Below are positions 28,304-38,689 of a stretch of DNA of 64,000 bases, one piece after another. Below the pieces are notes generated by a model. That model was not told the DNA's origin and ran no database searches. It saw only the letters and a program-made list of their open reading frames with translations. This stretch comes from Terriglobia bacterium (GTDB lineage Bacteria; Acidobacteriota; Terriglobia; 20CM-2-55-15), in assembly GCA_963664115.2 (NCBI GenBank), contig CAXWPJ010000012.1, positions 160,001 to 224,000 of the forward strand, read 5' to 3'. The position numbers and the translations under genes were made by a program. The number at the start of each line of letters is the position of its first letter. The first letter of the stretch is position 1.

Positions 28304-30115
28304 ATGACACGCGCTAAGCTTTCGAGAGCTGCAATTTTCCCGCTCCTGTGCCTCGCTCCATTGTTAGGTGAGGCGGCTGGTGCCGATCTGGACCTGCCGA
28401 CGCCACCCGCGCATTACGCAAGTTTCGACGCTGACCTGGCCGGCATCCGTCTGCTGAACACATTGCTGCCGGAAATGGATGTCGAATCTCAGCGGATGGT
28501 TCAGCAGTTCCTGAGTCCCCGCCCAGCTGGGACTATGCCTGCCCTACCCCGTTCTGACGCCTTGACCTTGCTGCGTTCACTCAACCTCGAACCGTTCCGC
28601 AGCGAGGTTCTGGAATTGCTGATACACCATTCCAGTGTTCTCGACGTTGTCCCTGATGGCGCATCCGACTGGATTCCCGTCGTCCACGATTCACTCTTGT
28701 TTTTCCTGGATGGATTGGGCGAGGAACGGCTTTTCGAACGGATTCTGAACTTGACCTACATGCCCGCAGGTACGGGTCGGGGGGACCGCTTACTCAAGTT
28801 CACGGACAGAACAGCCTCCCTGCAGAAGATCGGCCAGATTCTGGCTCGCAACCCGAACCTGTCTCCCGACCTCCGCTTGTCTCTCCAGACGCTCGAGAAC
28901 GGCATCGCCACTTCAGACGCCGATGAGATTACCGAATTCATTAAGGAGGACATCGGTCAGGAAGCTCTCGATACGTTTCAGGTCCGATTCGCTGAAGGTA
29001 TCCTGGCTGAGGCCAGCGTCGGAGCGGTCATGCGTGCCACCCTCGTACAGACAGCAGAAGACGGAGAAGAAGATATCGTTTTCAAGGTCGTCAAGCCCTA
29101 TGTCCTGGAGTCTCTGCCGCGTGAACTCGAAATACTCGATCAACTCTCCCTGTTCTTCGAGGAAAACAGCGGTGCCTACGGCCTCGGTGACATTCCGCTC
29201 TCCGACACCTTTCGGGATGTCAAGACGGCGCTTTCGAGTGAAATCCGCATTGTGGACGAGCAGCGCAACCTGGTCCTGGCTGAAACCTACTACGCCGATG
29301 ACGACACGATTCGGGTACCTCACCTGTATTCGCTTTCGACACCGAACGTTACAGCGATGGAGTTTGTGGTTGGAGACAAAATCACGGATGCGCATCTGGG
29401 CCAGCCGGCCGCACGGCAGAAGATGGCCGAGCGTCTGAGCGACGTTCTCACCATCGATGTCATTTTTTCCCCGGCGGAAGAAGCCATATTCCACGGCGAT
29501 CCTCACGCCGGCAATGTCTTCCATGTTTCTGAAGACGCATCGGATCCGTACCAGATCGCCCTGTTGGATTGGGGACTCTACGGCAGTTTTCCTCGCGCGC
29601 AGCGTGAACAACTCGTCCAACTGGTGCTCGGCGTCCATCTCGGAAACACCAAGCGCATAGAAAATAATGTGGGGGCGCTGATTGAGGAATGGCCACCGGC
29701 CTCGGCCGCAGAATACGACACGATCAGAGAAATCGTGGGCGAAGTGGTGCGGCAGAAGTCCACGATATTCCCCACCCTTCAGAACCTCATCGTTCGTCTG
29801 GCCACGGCCGGATTTCAAACCCGCTTCAACATCGCGCTCTTCATCAAGTCACAAATAACCATTGCGGGAATGCTGCTGGAACTGGATCCCGAATTTGATC
29901 AGGATGACTATATGCTTGATCGGGCAACCGGTTTGGTCTGGAAGGAATTTCCCAGGCACTTGCTCAACGTCGTTTGGTTTCCCGCATGGAATTCGCACAA
30001 TTACCGAAGCATGCTTTCCAACGAGGACATCCGGGACATGTGGACCCGACAGGTCGGCAGATTCTTCAAGAGAGTCGGTGGCGGCCTGGCCCGGGTTGTG
30101 ACTGCTCCCTTCTGA
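28304..30115 (+). CDS. ABC1/UbiB-family atypical kinase with N-terminal signal-like peptide
   Basis: QKIGQIL, ASVGAV, VFKV, FHGDPHAGN, LLDWG. Confidence 0.8.
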   Translation: MTRAKLSRAAIFPLLCLAPLLGEAAGADLDLPTPPAHYASFDADLAGIRLLNTLLPEMDVESQRMVQQFLSPRPAGTMPALPRSDALTLLRSLNLEPFRSEVLELLIHHSSVLDVVPDGASDWIPVVHDSLLFFLDGLGEERLFERILNLTYMPAGTGRGDRLLKFTDRTASLQKIGQILARNPNLSPDLRLSLQTLENGIATSDADEITEFIKEDIGQEALDTFQVRFAEGILAEASVGAVMRATLVQTAEDGEEDIVFKVVKPYVLESLPRELEILDQLSLFFEENSGAYGLGDIPLSDTFRDVKTALSSEIRIVDEQRNLVLAETYYADDDTIRVPHLYSLSTPNVTAMEFVVGDKITDAHLGQPAARQKMAERLSDVLTIDVIFSPAEEAIFHGDPHAGNVFHVSEDASDPYQIALLDWGLYGSFPRAQREQLVQLVLGVHLGNTKRIENNVGALIEEWPPASAAEYDTIREIVGEVVRQKSTIFPTLQNLIVRLATAGFQTRFNIALFIKSQITIAGMLLELDPEFDQDDYMLDRATGLVWKEFPRHLLNVVWFPAWNSHNYRSMLSNEDIRDMWTRQVGRFFKRVGGGLARVVTAPF

Positions 30116-30164
30116 GCTCTTTCGTTTCCGGCGGGTGTCTTTTCAAGCGGTGCCTGGTGAATTG

Positions 30165-31559
30165 CTACCGCTTCATGGACATGAACAAGTTGTTCAGGGA
30201 CTCGGCGAGCGTGGGATGAGCGAAGACGCCATCGCGGATCGCGGTATAGCTTACACCTCCCAACATCGCCATCTGCAGCAGGGACATCACTTCGCCGCCC
30301 TCGATTCCGAGAATGGCGCACCCTAGGATGCGGTCCGTGTCGGCATCGACAATCGCTTTCATAAATCCCCGCGTTTCGTCCATCTCGATGGCACGCGCGA
30401 CATGGGTCATCGGCAGCTTTGCGACACGAATATTGCGTCCTTCCCTGCGGGCTTCGGTTTCGGTGAGACCGACCCTGCCAAGCTGAGGGTCAATGAATAC
30501 AGCATAGGGCACCAGCCGGCCTTCGGTCGTGGCCGAACCACCTTTGAGCAAGTTCGTTTCGACGATGCGGTAGTCATCGTATGAAATGTGGGTAAATGCG
30601 GGTCCGCCTTTTACATCGCCCAGGGCGTAAACGCCTTGGGCGCTCGACTCGAGTCGTTCGTTGACCTTGACGAATCCTCGCCCATCGGTTTCGATACCTG
30701 CGGACGCCAGATTGAGGCGGTCACTGTTCGGCACACGGCCGGCCGCAGCGAGGAGGTGGGAACCGGATTTGATGCGATCACCTTCCCTGGTCCGCACGGC
30801 CAAGTCAATCTGTCCATCAGCACGTCGCGACACGGCAATTGCCTCGGTGTCGAGCAGGACCTCTATCCCCTCTCCGCGAAGTATCGTTGCGATTTCCCCG
30901 GAAACGTCCGGATCTTCGCGATTCAGCAGCTGCGTGCCACGTTGAATAATGGTGACCTCGCTGCCGAAGCGGCGAAACATCTGTCCAAATTCCAATCCGA
31001 TATAACCGCCTCCGAGCACGAGGAGATGCTCGGGAACCGCGTCGAGTTCCATGATCGAAGCGTTGTCCAATATCGTCACGTCCGGAGTGTCGATGTTGGG
31101 GGGAATCGCAGGACGAGTGCCGGTGTTGATAAAAATCTTAGCGGCGTTCAATATCCGTGTCTGACCCTCCAGAGTCGTCACTTCAACAGCATGGGGACCC
31201 TGGAAGCGCGCCTCTCCGCGTAGCAGTTCCAATCCTCGGGTGCGATCCAGACCCTTCTCACTACCCACTCGAAAACTTGTCACGACATCCTGCTTCCGCT
31301 GGCGCACCCGAGCGAGGTCAACCGTTACGGGACCGGAAATGATGCCGTAGTCCGGGCCACGACGGGCGAGGTGTGCGATTCGGGCGCTCGCGACCATCGT
31401 CTTCGTAGGCGTACAGCCAACGTTGATGCACGAACCACCAACCGCATCCCGTTCGACTACGGCGGTCTTCCATCCGGCCTTCGCCAGACTGACGGCCAAT
31501 GGCTTCCCGGCCTGGCCCGTACCGATGATCACCGCATCGTGTGTATCGTTGTTGGACAT
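30165..31559 (-). CDS. Pyridine nucleotide-disulfide oxidoreductase (RclA/MerA-like family)
   Basis: [34 protein letters not shown]; no C-terminal Cys pair. Confidence 0.88.
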   Translation of the reverse strand: MSNNDTHDAVIIGTGQAGKPLAVSLAKAGWKTAVVERDAVGGSCINVGCTPTKTMVASARIAHLARRGPDYGIISGPVTVDLARVRQRKQDVVTSFRVGSEKGLDRTRGLELLRGEARFQGPHAVEVTTLEGQTRILNAAKIFINTGTRPAIPPNIDTPDVTILDNASIMELDAVPEHLLVLGGGYIGLEFGQMFRRFGSEVTIIQRGTQLLNREDPDVSGEIATILRGEGIEVLLDTEAIAVSRRADGQIDLAVRTREGDRIKSGSHLLAAAGRVPNSDRLNLASAGIETDGRGFVKVNERLESSAQGVYALGDVKGGPAFTHISYDDYRIVETNLLKGGSATTEGRLVPYAVFIDPQLGRVGLTETEARREGRNIRVAKLPMTHVARAIEMDETRGFMKAIVDADTDRILGCAILGIEGGEVMSLLQMAMLGGVSYTAIRDGVFAHPTLAESLNNLFMSMKR

Positions 31560-31665
31560 CTTGCCTCACGCCGGCCAGCGGCCAGCCTCTAAAATGATGG
31601 TGTCTTTTGACTGCTCTGTGTTCTGCCGGTGATCTGCCATCTCGGTGAGCTGAGCTTTCGAATCG

Positions 31666-32478
31666 CTACCAGTATTTTTCGACGTGGATCTGGCCCGGCT
31701 CCTTCTTTTTATGTTCCCGGAATCCGTCCCTTTCCAAAATCTTCACCACGTCCTCGATCATGGCGGGATTGCCACAGACATAGACGTCCGTGTCTTGGGG
31801 AGACGGATTGAAGCCCCAGGCGTCTGTTAGCTGGGTGCTTCCCCAGAGGTCCTGAACATAGCCGGCCGTACCACTCCAGGGAGCGACTTCTACCTTGGGA
31901 CGGCTGATGATGGGCATGTAGGTAAAGTTGGGGCAAATCCTGTCCAAGGTCATCAGCTCACTTCTGTAACCCAGATCGTAGGAATGACGCACACCGTGTA
32001 GGACAGCGAACTTTCTCTCGCCCCCGCAGGTGAACTCGGTTCGAAGCATACTGAGGTATGGAGCGAGTCCGGTGCCCGTAGAGATGAGTACAAGGTGCTT
32101 GTCGGCGGGCGTGTCCTGGAGCGTGAACGCACCGGTGACCTTCGGCGACAACCACAGTCGATCTCCGATCGACAGCGCGAACAATCGAGGAGTGAGGGCG
32201 CCGTCAGGAACCAGAACGACGTAGAACTCCATGTATTCTTTCCCAAGCGGCGACGAAGCGACCGAGAACGCACGTTTGATCAGCTTGTCCTTATTGGCAA
32301 TTTTCTCCTCAGGTTCACTCGCCTCAAAACGTGGAGCGCTGCCGGGAAGTCCCAAGACCGCGAACTGTCCCGGCGTAAAATCAGACAATTCCCAGCCCTC
32401 GGGTACGATGCGCATAATTGCTAGCCCCGGAGCAACCTCAATATTTTGTATCAGGATGGCATTCAGGTCGTTACTCAT
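31666..32478 (-). CDS. fpr: Ferredoxin-NADP+ reductase
   Basis: RAFSVAS, GALTPRL, TGTGLAPY.SM, VYVCGNPAMI, EKYW. Confidence 0.88.
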   Translation of the reverse strand: MSNDLNAILIQNIEVAPGLAIMRIVPEGWELSDFTPGQFAVLGLPGSAPRFEASEPEEKIANKDKLIKRAFSVASSPLGKEYMEFYVVLVPDGALTPRLFALSIGDRLWLSPKVTGAFTLQDTPADKHLVLISTGTGLAPYLSMLRTEFTCGGERKFAVLHGVRHSYDLGYRSELMTLDRICPNFTYMPIISRPKVEVAPWSGTAGYVQDLWGSTQLTDAWGFNPSPQDTDVYVCGNPAMIEDVVKILERDGFREHKKKEPGQIHVEKYW

Positions 32479-32847
32479 ACTGTATCCCTTCTCTAACTGT
32501 CGCCACGTGAACTCTCAGTGCAGTCATACCCATCAAGGTCATCCTATCGCAGCCGTTGGATAAGTGGGGCACAAAGACCTCAAGCCCGGTATTCACAATC
32601 GCGAAAATTACAAAGGCGGCCTCAATTATGGCCCTTGGGCGCAAATAGGTTTTCAGATCCCTCCGGAAAGCGGATCTTTTTGTGTCACCGCAAAAGCTTC
32701 GAGGATAAGAAGAACTTCATAAGAATCAAGAAACGGAACGGATCGGGACAGAGCTGGGAACCGGATCACCCGTGGAACGCGACAGCGATGCTCATCTGAA
32801 TGAACGACTGAGCGAAACCTTTTATCGAGAAGTTCTAAGCGATAACG

Positions 32848-34020
32848 CTAGATCTCCATCGGCAGCTTCGAAAAACCCCGGAAGTTGGGCGTTGTCACCC
32901 GTCTGGCGTGGGCGGTGTCCACCTCCCAGCGCCGACTGGCCTTGATCAGCTCTCCAAAAAGCAACTGGGCCATCATTCGGCCCAGCGGCGCGCCCACGCA
33001 GAAATGGACGCCCATCCCCATCGCCAGATGCCGTTGCTTCGGGCGGTGAATGTCGAGTACATCGGGATCCTTGAAGTTACGCTCATCACGATTCGCAGCT
33101 CCGATGTGAAGCAAGACCTGTGCGTTTTCGGCAATGGTCTTACCGTGCAGCCGGACATCGTGCGTGGGGCTGCGAACAAAACCCTGGGCCGGGGCGTCCC
33201 AGCGCATCGCCTCTTCCACAAACTGCGGTATCAATTCGGGGTCCCTCCGGAGCTGGGCCCAGACCCCGGGATGGACGGCCAAGGCGTGGCTTAGGTTCGT
33301 GAACAGGTTGTTCACCGATTCGAATCCCGCTGTCAGAAACGTCATCGTCGTCATGACGACTTGCTCCAGAGCCAGTTTGCTCCCGTTCTCTTCGGCCATG
33401 AGCATCGCGCTGAGAAGATCGTCTGCCGGCGCCGGGCTGCGCTTCTCGGCGAGCGCATGGACATACTCGCGAAGATTTCGCATCGCAACCATCTGTTTGG
33501 TTTCGATTCCTTCGGGTGCTCTTTCCGAAAGAAAAAAGTCGTCCAGCCATCGGCGTAAGCGGATGAAGTCCGTTTCCGGAACGCCGAACATCCCGCCCAG
33601 CACGGCCGCATTGAAAGGCGCTGAGATGTCGGCAACGAATTCGAACGACGCTTTCTCACGGGCGTCGGCCACCAAGCGCGCGACCAGGGCGGCGATTCTC
33701 GGACGCATCTCTTCGACCGTGCGCGTCGTGAAGGCCTGATCCACAAGACCGCGGGCAGTTTCGTGCGCGGGAGGATCAGTCGTCCCCAAGGTAAGGCCAA
33801 TACGTTCGGGCCTGTCGTGCAACAGGTTGCCCCGACGGGCGGAAGACCATGTCTTCCAATTCCTGAACGCGGCTGCGACGTCATCAAACCGGGTGATCAC
33901 CCAAATGTCTTCTGTTGTGGAGTAGTGCGCCGGATCCTCGTCCCGCAACCATTTATAACTGGGATAGGGATCGTCGGCTGCGACGAGAAGCGCTGTGTAA
34001 TCAAAGGGCCCGGTCACCAC
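32848..34020 (-). CDS. Cytochrome P450
   Basis: AGFES, EEAMRW, ANRDE..F.DPD, G.GVHFCVG heme Cys. Confidence 0.92.
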   Translation of the reverse strand: MVTGPFDYTALLVAADDPYPSYKWLRDEDPAHYSTTEDIWVITRFDDVAAAFRNWKTWSSARRGNLLHDRPERIGLTLGTTDPPAHETARGLVDQAFTTRTVEEMRPRIAALVARLVADAREKASFEFVADISAPFNAAVLGGMFGVPETDFIRLRRWLDDFFLSERAPEGIETKQMVAMRNLREYVHALAEKRSPAPADDLLSAMLMAEENGSKLALEQVVMTTMTFLTAGFESVNNLFTNLSHALAVHPGVWAQLRRDPELIPQFVEEAMRWDAPAQGFVRSPTHDVRLHGKTIAENAQVLLHIGAANRDERNFKDPDVLDIHRPKQRHLAMGMGVHFCVGAPLGRMMAQLLFGELIKASRRWEVDTAHARRVTTPNFRGFSKLPMEI

Positions 34021-34055
34021 CGTTCTGCCACCTCAGTGGAGAGCTTTTCGATTTC

Positions 34056-34637
34056 CTAACTCCGAGAATAGTCCGGAGCGTTGCCCTCGATCCACTTGAT
34101 GTTGCAACCCGCACTCGGCCTCTGGTCCTCCGGCACCGGACGTCCTTCGAGAACTGCGTCCGCTGCGGCCCGTAGATCAGCGCCGCTGACTGGGATCTCG
34201 TTGCCCGGCCGGCTTCCATCGAATCGGCCTCTGTAGACGAGCCTCCGATTGCGGTCGAAGAGGAAAAAGTCCGGCGTGCATGCGGCTTGATAGGCCTTGG
34301 CCACCGTCTGAGTTTCGTCGAAAAGATAGGGAAATACGTAGCCCGCGTCCTGTGCTTCTTCTTGCATATGGGGCAAATCGTCTTCGGGAAAAGCAACCGT
34401 ATCGTTAGAGCTGATCCCTACGATGGCAAGGTCGGTGTCCTCGTAATCGCGGGCGAACTGTGCAAGGCCAGCACGGATGTGTTTGACGAACGGACAATGA
34501 TTACAGATGAACATGACAAGAAGTCCCGTCCGATCCGAGAAGTCAGCGGAAGAGACCCGTTCACCATCAATGGAGGGCAGACTGAACGGCGGCACTTCCC
34601 GACCCAGGGGAAGCATCGTGGACGGTGTTAAACCCAT
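34056..34637 (-). CDS. Thioredoxin-like (AhpC/TSA redoxin) protein
   Basis: FICNHCPFV, FPYLFDETQ.VAKAY.AACTPDF, GCNIKW. Confidence 0.9.
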   Translation of the reverse strand: MGLTPSTMLPLGREVPPFSLPSIDGERVSSADFSDRTGLLVMFICNHCPFVKHIRAGLAQFARDYEDTDLAIVGISSNDTVAFPEDDLPHMQEEAQDAGYVFPYLFDETQTVAKAYQAACTPDFFLFDRNRRLVYRGRFDGSRPGNEIPVSGADLRAAADAVLEGRPVPEDQRPSAGCNIKWIEGNAPDYSRS

Positions 34638-34719
34638 ATCGCGTGACCTCTCACCGGTTGTGCTCTCCTGTACTGGTTGTGTCTGATCAGAGTGTGCGTC
34701 GTGTGCGGAAGATCGGGGT

Positions 34720-35619
34720 TTATGGTAATCCGCTGCGAACGACCTCTCGGATCGTAGCCACACGCAGCGGATAGGTTCCGATGACTTTGACGGCGCGTCT
34801 TCCACCCTTAAGCTGGGAAATCGCCTCTCCGACTCTGTCGCTCTCCATCGTACCGATAAAATCTACATGATATATCGACTCGGAATCGGTCCCGCGAACA
34901 GGACGGGAAAGCACGTTGGTCAGCGGAATTCCGCACTCGATGAACGGCCGGAGTACTCCCCAGTCTCGCCGCTCCGAATGCGGCACCTGGAAACAAATAC
35001 TGGTCTTCCGTGAATCGCTCGCGGGTCTCTCGACCCCCGGATTGTCTGGAGCGCACATGAGCAGGAAGCGTGTGTAGTTTTCGGGATGGTCCTGAATTCC
35101 TGAGCGCAAAACCTCTCCACCGTATACTTCTGCACTACGTGCGCTCCCGATTGCGCCCGTATGAGGGGTCTTCTCACGGACGACCAGTTCGACCGCCCCC
35201 GCCGTGTCGAAAGCAGCTACGGGTTCCATTTTCAGCTGAGTTTTCAAAGACTGCTCGCATTGGGCCAATGCGATCGGATGGGAGAGGACCCGTCGAACGT
35301 CTTCGATCGGCATCCCTTTCGGAACAATCAGGCAATGCGAAATCGTCTGCACCGTCTCGTCGATGATGATCAGATCGTTCTGGGCAAGCAGATCGTATGT
35401 TTCGTCGATCGGGCCAACGAGTGTGTTCTCAACCGGAATGACCGCGTAAGGGGCCTGGCCCCGAGCGACACTGTCGAACACGTCCTGAAGCGTCTTTAAA
35501 CCGAGGAGCCGGGAATCCCTGGATACAAAATCGAAAGTGGCATCCTCGCTGAACGCACCGGGTTGCCCCTGGTATGCGACGTCGTATTCGGCTGTTCCCA
35601 TCGATTTAGCCAACGGCAT
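34720..35619 (-). CDS. pheA: Prephenate dehydratase
   Basis: VAYQGQPGAFSE, PVEN, SHPIALAQC, IQD...NYTRF; divergent ACT domain. Confidence 0.88.
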   Translation of the reverse strand: MPLAKSMGTAEYDVAYQGQPGAFSEDATFDFVSRDSRLLGLKTLQDVFDSVARGQAPYAVIPVENTLVGPIDETYDLLAQNDLIIIDETVQTISHCLIVPKGMPIEDVRRVLSHPIALAQCEQSLKTQLKMEPVAAFDTAGAVELVVREKTPHTGAIGSARSAEVYGGEVLRSGIQDHPENYTRFLLMCAPDNPGVERPASDSRKTSICFQVPHSERRDWGVLRPFIECGIPLTNVLSRPVRGTDSESIYHVDFIGTMESDRVGEAISQLKGGRRAVKVIGTYPLRVATIREVVRSGLP

Positions 35620-35678
35620 ATGGACTCGCCTACCTTTCCTCTCCTGTGTTTCCCCGCTCCATATTATCTGGCAAAAGG

Positions 35679-35753
35679 GGGTCAGAGCCCTATTTACCCA
35701 ATTAATAACCGGAATAAATGTAGATCATAATTGGGGATATAGGGCTCTGACCC
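35679..35753. repeat. REP-like long inverted repeat
   Basis: GGGTCAGAGCCCTAT...ATAGGGCTCTGACCC with inner CCCAATTA/TAATTGGG. Confidence 0.7.
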
Positions 35754-35755
35754 TA

Positions 35756-37030
35756 TTAAACCAGGTGGCGGAGCAGGTCGGGGTTGTCGTTCAGATACTC
35801 TCCGAAGAAGCCACGGTCTTTCATTCGTCGGATCAAGGGTTCCAGGTCTTCCTTGTTTCTCAACTCGACGCCGACTACCGCCGGGCCTCTCTCCCGATCC
35901 GTCTTCTTCGAGTAGGCGAAGTGCGTGATGTCGTCGCCCGGCCCCAGGACATCAACAACGAACTGACGCAGCGCTCCGGAACGCTGCGGAAAACGCACGA
36001 TGAAATAGTGCTTCACGCCCTCGTATATCAGCGCACGCTCCCGAATCTCTTCGATTCTCCGAAAGTCGTTATTGCCGCCACTGATGAGACAGGCCACGGT
36101 CTTTCCTTTTATGCGATCCCTAAAATCTTCAAGTGCGGCAACAGCCAAAGCTCCGGCGGGCTCGACGATGATTCCGTTTTCGTTATATAGCCTCAGTATA
36201 GTGGCGCATAACCGCCCTTCAGGAACGGTTACAACGTCGTCGAGAACCTCTCTGCAGATCTGGAAGCTCAACTCCCCCACCCGCTGAACGGCCGCTCCAT
36301 CGGTGAAAACGTCGATCGTTTTGAGCCGGACCGGATGACCCGCGCGAAACGCCTCGACCATTGAGGGCGCGCCTTCGGGCTGAACGCCGATGATCTGAGT
36401 ATTTGGAGACTTCGCTTTAACCCAACTTCCTACGCCGGCGGCCAATCCACCGCCGCCCACGGGTAAAAACATGATGTCGATCGCGTCACCGGCGGCTTCA
36501 AGCATCTCGATCCCCACCGTTCCCTGGCCTTCGATGACGACAGGATCGTCAAAGGGGTGCACGTAGATGGAACCGTCGGCCTCCGTCCGGCGAACAGCTT
36601 CCCGTTCAGCATCGTCAAAGACGTCACCAACCATCTCGATGTCGACTCCCGGTCCGCCAAGCGCACGCACACGTTCAGTCTTCTGACTGGGTGTAGTCAG
36701 CGGCATATATATTGTTGCGTGAATTCCCAGTTTCCTGGCGACGTAAGCGACGCCCTGGGCATGGTTACCCGCACTTGCGCATGAAACGCCTTTGAGAAGT
36801 TCCTCGTCCGAACAACTGCGGATCTTGTTGTAGGCGCCTCTAATTTTGTAGGAACGGACCAGCTGCAGATCTTCTCGCTTGAGCAGGATGTTGGCTTCGT
36901 AATCTTCGGAGAGGTTCCGGTCGCGTTCCATGGGAGTACGGACAACGACGTTTTTCACGCGCTTCGCAGCCCTCCCAATGGCGTCCGGTTTCGGACGCCA
37001 TGTCAGATCGGGAGGTTCTTGATGTTTCAC
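35756..37030 (-). CDS. ilvA: Threonine dehydratase (short form)
   Basis: KREDLQ.VRSYKIRGA, ASAGNHAQG, PVGGGGL, FPQRSGAL. Confidence 0.95.
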   Translation of the reverse strand: MKHQEPPDLTWRPKPDAIGRAAKRVKNVVVRTPMERDRNLSEDYEANILLKREDLQLVRSYKIRGAYNKIRSCSDEELLKGVSCASAGNHAQGVAYVARKLGIHATIYMPLTTPSQKTERVRALGGPGVDIEMVGDVFDDAEREAVRRTEADGSIYVHPFDDPVVIEGQGTVGIEMLEAAGDAIDIMFLPVGGGGLAAGVGSWVKAKSPNTQIIGVQPEGAPSMVEAFRAGHPVRLKTIDVFTDGAAVQRVGELSFQICREVLDDVVTVPEGRLCATILRLYNENGIIVEPAGALAVAALEDFRDRIKGKTVACLISGGNNDFRRIEEIRERALIYEGVKHYFIVRFPQRSGALRQFVVDVLGPGDDITHFAYSKKTDRERGPAVVGVELRNKEDLEPLIRRMKDRGFFGEYLNDNPDLLRHLV

Positions 37031-38136
37031 TTGGTTGCGTGCGCTTCCTTCGCGGCGGCCGCTCCCGTAGTTTCCTTCACCGGACGGTCCGTCTTGGATT
37101 CGGCCCGCAACTGCCGGACCTGCTTCCCGGTACGCCAGATCTCTTCACTCCCCAACGCGTCCAACTCCGCTTCGAGCCGCTCCCGATAATCGTCCTTGCT
37201 GCACGTTTCGATGACAATTCGGGCTTCCTCGCCCGAGCGCACGCTCTCGTAAAGCTCCTCATACACCGGTGTCACGGCTTCACGAAACTTATGACGCCAG
37301 TCCAAGGCTCCGCGTTGGGCTGTCGTCGAACAATTGGCATACATCCAGTCCATTCCGTTTTCGGCCACAAGCGGCATCAAACTTTGAGTCAATTCTTCAA
37401 CGGTCTCGTTGAAGGCTTCTGAAGGAGAGTGGCCGTTCTTTCGGAGTACGTTAAACTGCGCCTCGAACACTCCAGCAATCGCGCCCATCAATACGCCGCG
37501 CTCTCCGGTCAAATCCGAATAGACTTCCTTGCGGAAATCGGTCTCGAAGAGGTAGCCGGAACCGACGCCGATGCCGAGAGATATGACGCGCTCCATCGCA
37601 CGCCCGGTTGCATCCTGGAAAACGGCGTAGCTGGAGTTCAGCCCCTTCCCGGCGACAAACAGCCGACGCAACGATGTCCCCGAACCTTTAGGGGCGATCA
37701 GAACCACATCGATGTCATCGGGAGGAATGACATGGGTCTGATCCTTGAACGTCACCGCAAATCCGTGGGAAAAATAAAGACACTTGCCCGCGGTAAGATG
37801 CGGATTCACCTTGTCCCATTGGGCAATCTGGCCGGCATCGGAGAGGAGATACTGGATAATCGTTCCGCGCGCGGCCGCTTCTTCGATCTCAAAAAGGCTC
37901 TCGCCTTCGACCCACCCGTCCTGAACGGCTTTGTCCCACGTACGCGAGGCTTTCCTCTGCCCCACGATAACGTTGAATCCATTGTCCTTCAGATTGAGCG
38001 CCTGTCCGGGTCCCTGGACCCCGTACCCCAGGACCGCAATGGTTTCATCCTTCAAACTTTCGCGAGACTTGTCCAAAGACCACTCTTCTCGTGTGGTCAC
38101 GTTCTCCTCAACGTCACCGAATCGTATCTTTGCCAT
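37027..38136 (-). CDS. ilvC: Ketol-acid reductoisomerase
   Basis: LGYGVQGPGQALNL, FSHGF, APKGSG, SDLTGERG, CSTTAQRG. Confidence 0.95.
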   Translation of the reverse strand: MAKIRFGDVEENVTTREEWSLDKSRESLKDETIAVLGYGVQGPGQALNLKDNGFNVIVGQRKASRTWDKAVQDGWVEGESLFEIEEAAARGTIIQYLLSDAGQIAQWDKVNPHLTAGKCLYFSHGFAVTFKDQTHVIPPDDIDVVLIAPKGSGTSLRRLFVAGKGLNSSYAVFQDATGRAMERVISLGIGVGSGYLFETDFRKEVYSDLTGERGVLMGAIAGVFEAQFNVLRKNGHSPSEAFNETVEELTQSLMPLVAENGMDWMYANCSTTAQRGALDWRHKFREAVTPVYEELYESVRSGEEARIVIETCSKDDYRERLEAELDALGSEEIWRTGKQVRQLRAESKTDRPVKETTGAAAAKEAHATK

Positions 38137-38142
38137 ACTGCT

Positions 38143-38670
38143 TTAACCTCCGTTTTTCGCGTCTGCTGACGCATCGATTTGGGCAAGTGAGGGCTTCGTG
38201 ACGGTTATGCTTCCTGACCTCACGAATTCCATTACCCCGAAAGGCTCCAAACTGCCGGACAACTCTTCGATCTCGTCCTGTGATCCGGTCTTTTCCACAA
38301 CGACATAGCCCGAACCCGCTATGAGGATCCGCGCACGGCTCGTCCGTACAATTTTTCCAAGAGAATTTCCAACTGCCCCCGCGTCCAGGGACAGCTTGAA
38401 CAGGGCCACCTGCCGTGCATGGGTTTCAACGTCGCGGTGGAAGCTCACCTCGAGCACACCGACAGCCGCGCCGATCTGCTTGACGGCCCGGCGAACCCGG
38501 TCCGGGATTGATCGAACGACGACAGTATGCTGGTACAACTTGGATGCATCACCGTTCGTACAGGTGAAGCTTTCAATCTTCACGCGATGACGCCCCAGGC
38601 ACGCCACTAAACGCAACAGAGAAGCCGAGTCGTTCTCCGTGAGCACCGAAACTGTAAATTGCGGGTCCAC
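38143..38670 (-). CDS. ilvN: Acetolactate synthase small subunit
   Basis: ACT domain, VVEKTG..DEI, EFVRSG; lies between ilvB and ilvC. Confidence 0.85.
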   Translation of the reverse strand: MDPQFTVSVLTENDSASLLRLVACLGRHRVKIESFTCTNGDASKLYQHTVVVRSIPDRVRRAVKQIGAAVGVLEVSFHRDVETHARQVALFKLSLDAGAVGNSLGKIVRTSRARILIAGSGYVVVEKTGSQDEIEELSGSLEPFGVMEFVRSGSITVTKPSLAQIDASADAKNGG

Positions 38671-38689
38671 TGGTTTCCTCTAAAAAAGC

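Noticed and set aside
30165-31559. Mercuric reductase MerA
   Set aside because: No C-terminal Cys-Cys pair, no N-terminal HMA domain and no mer operon.
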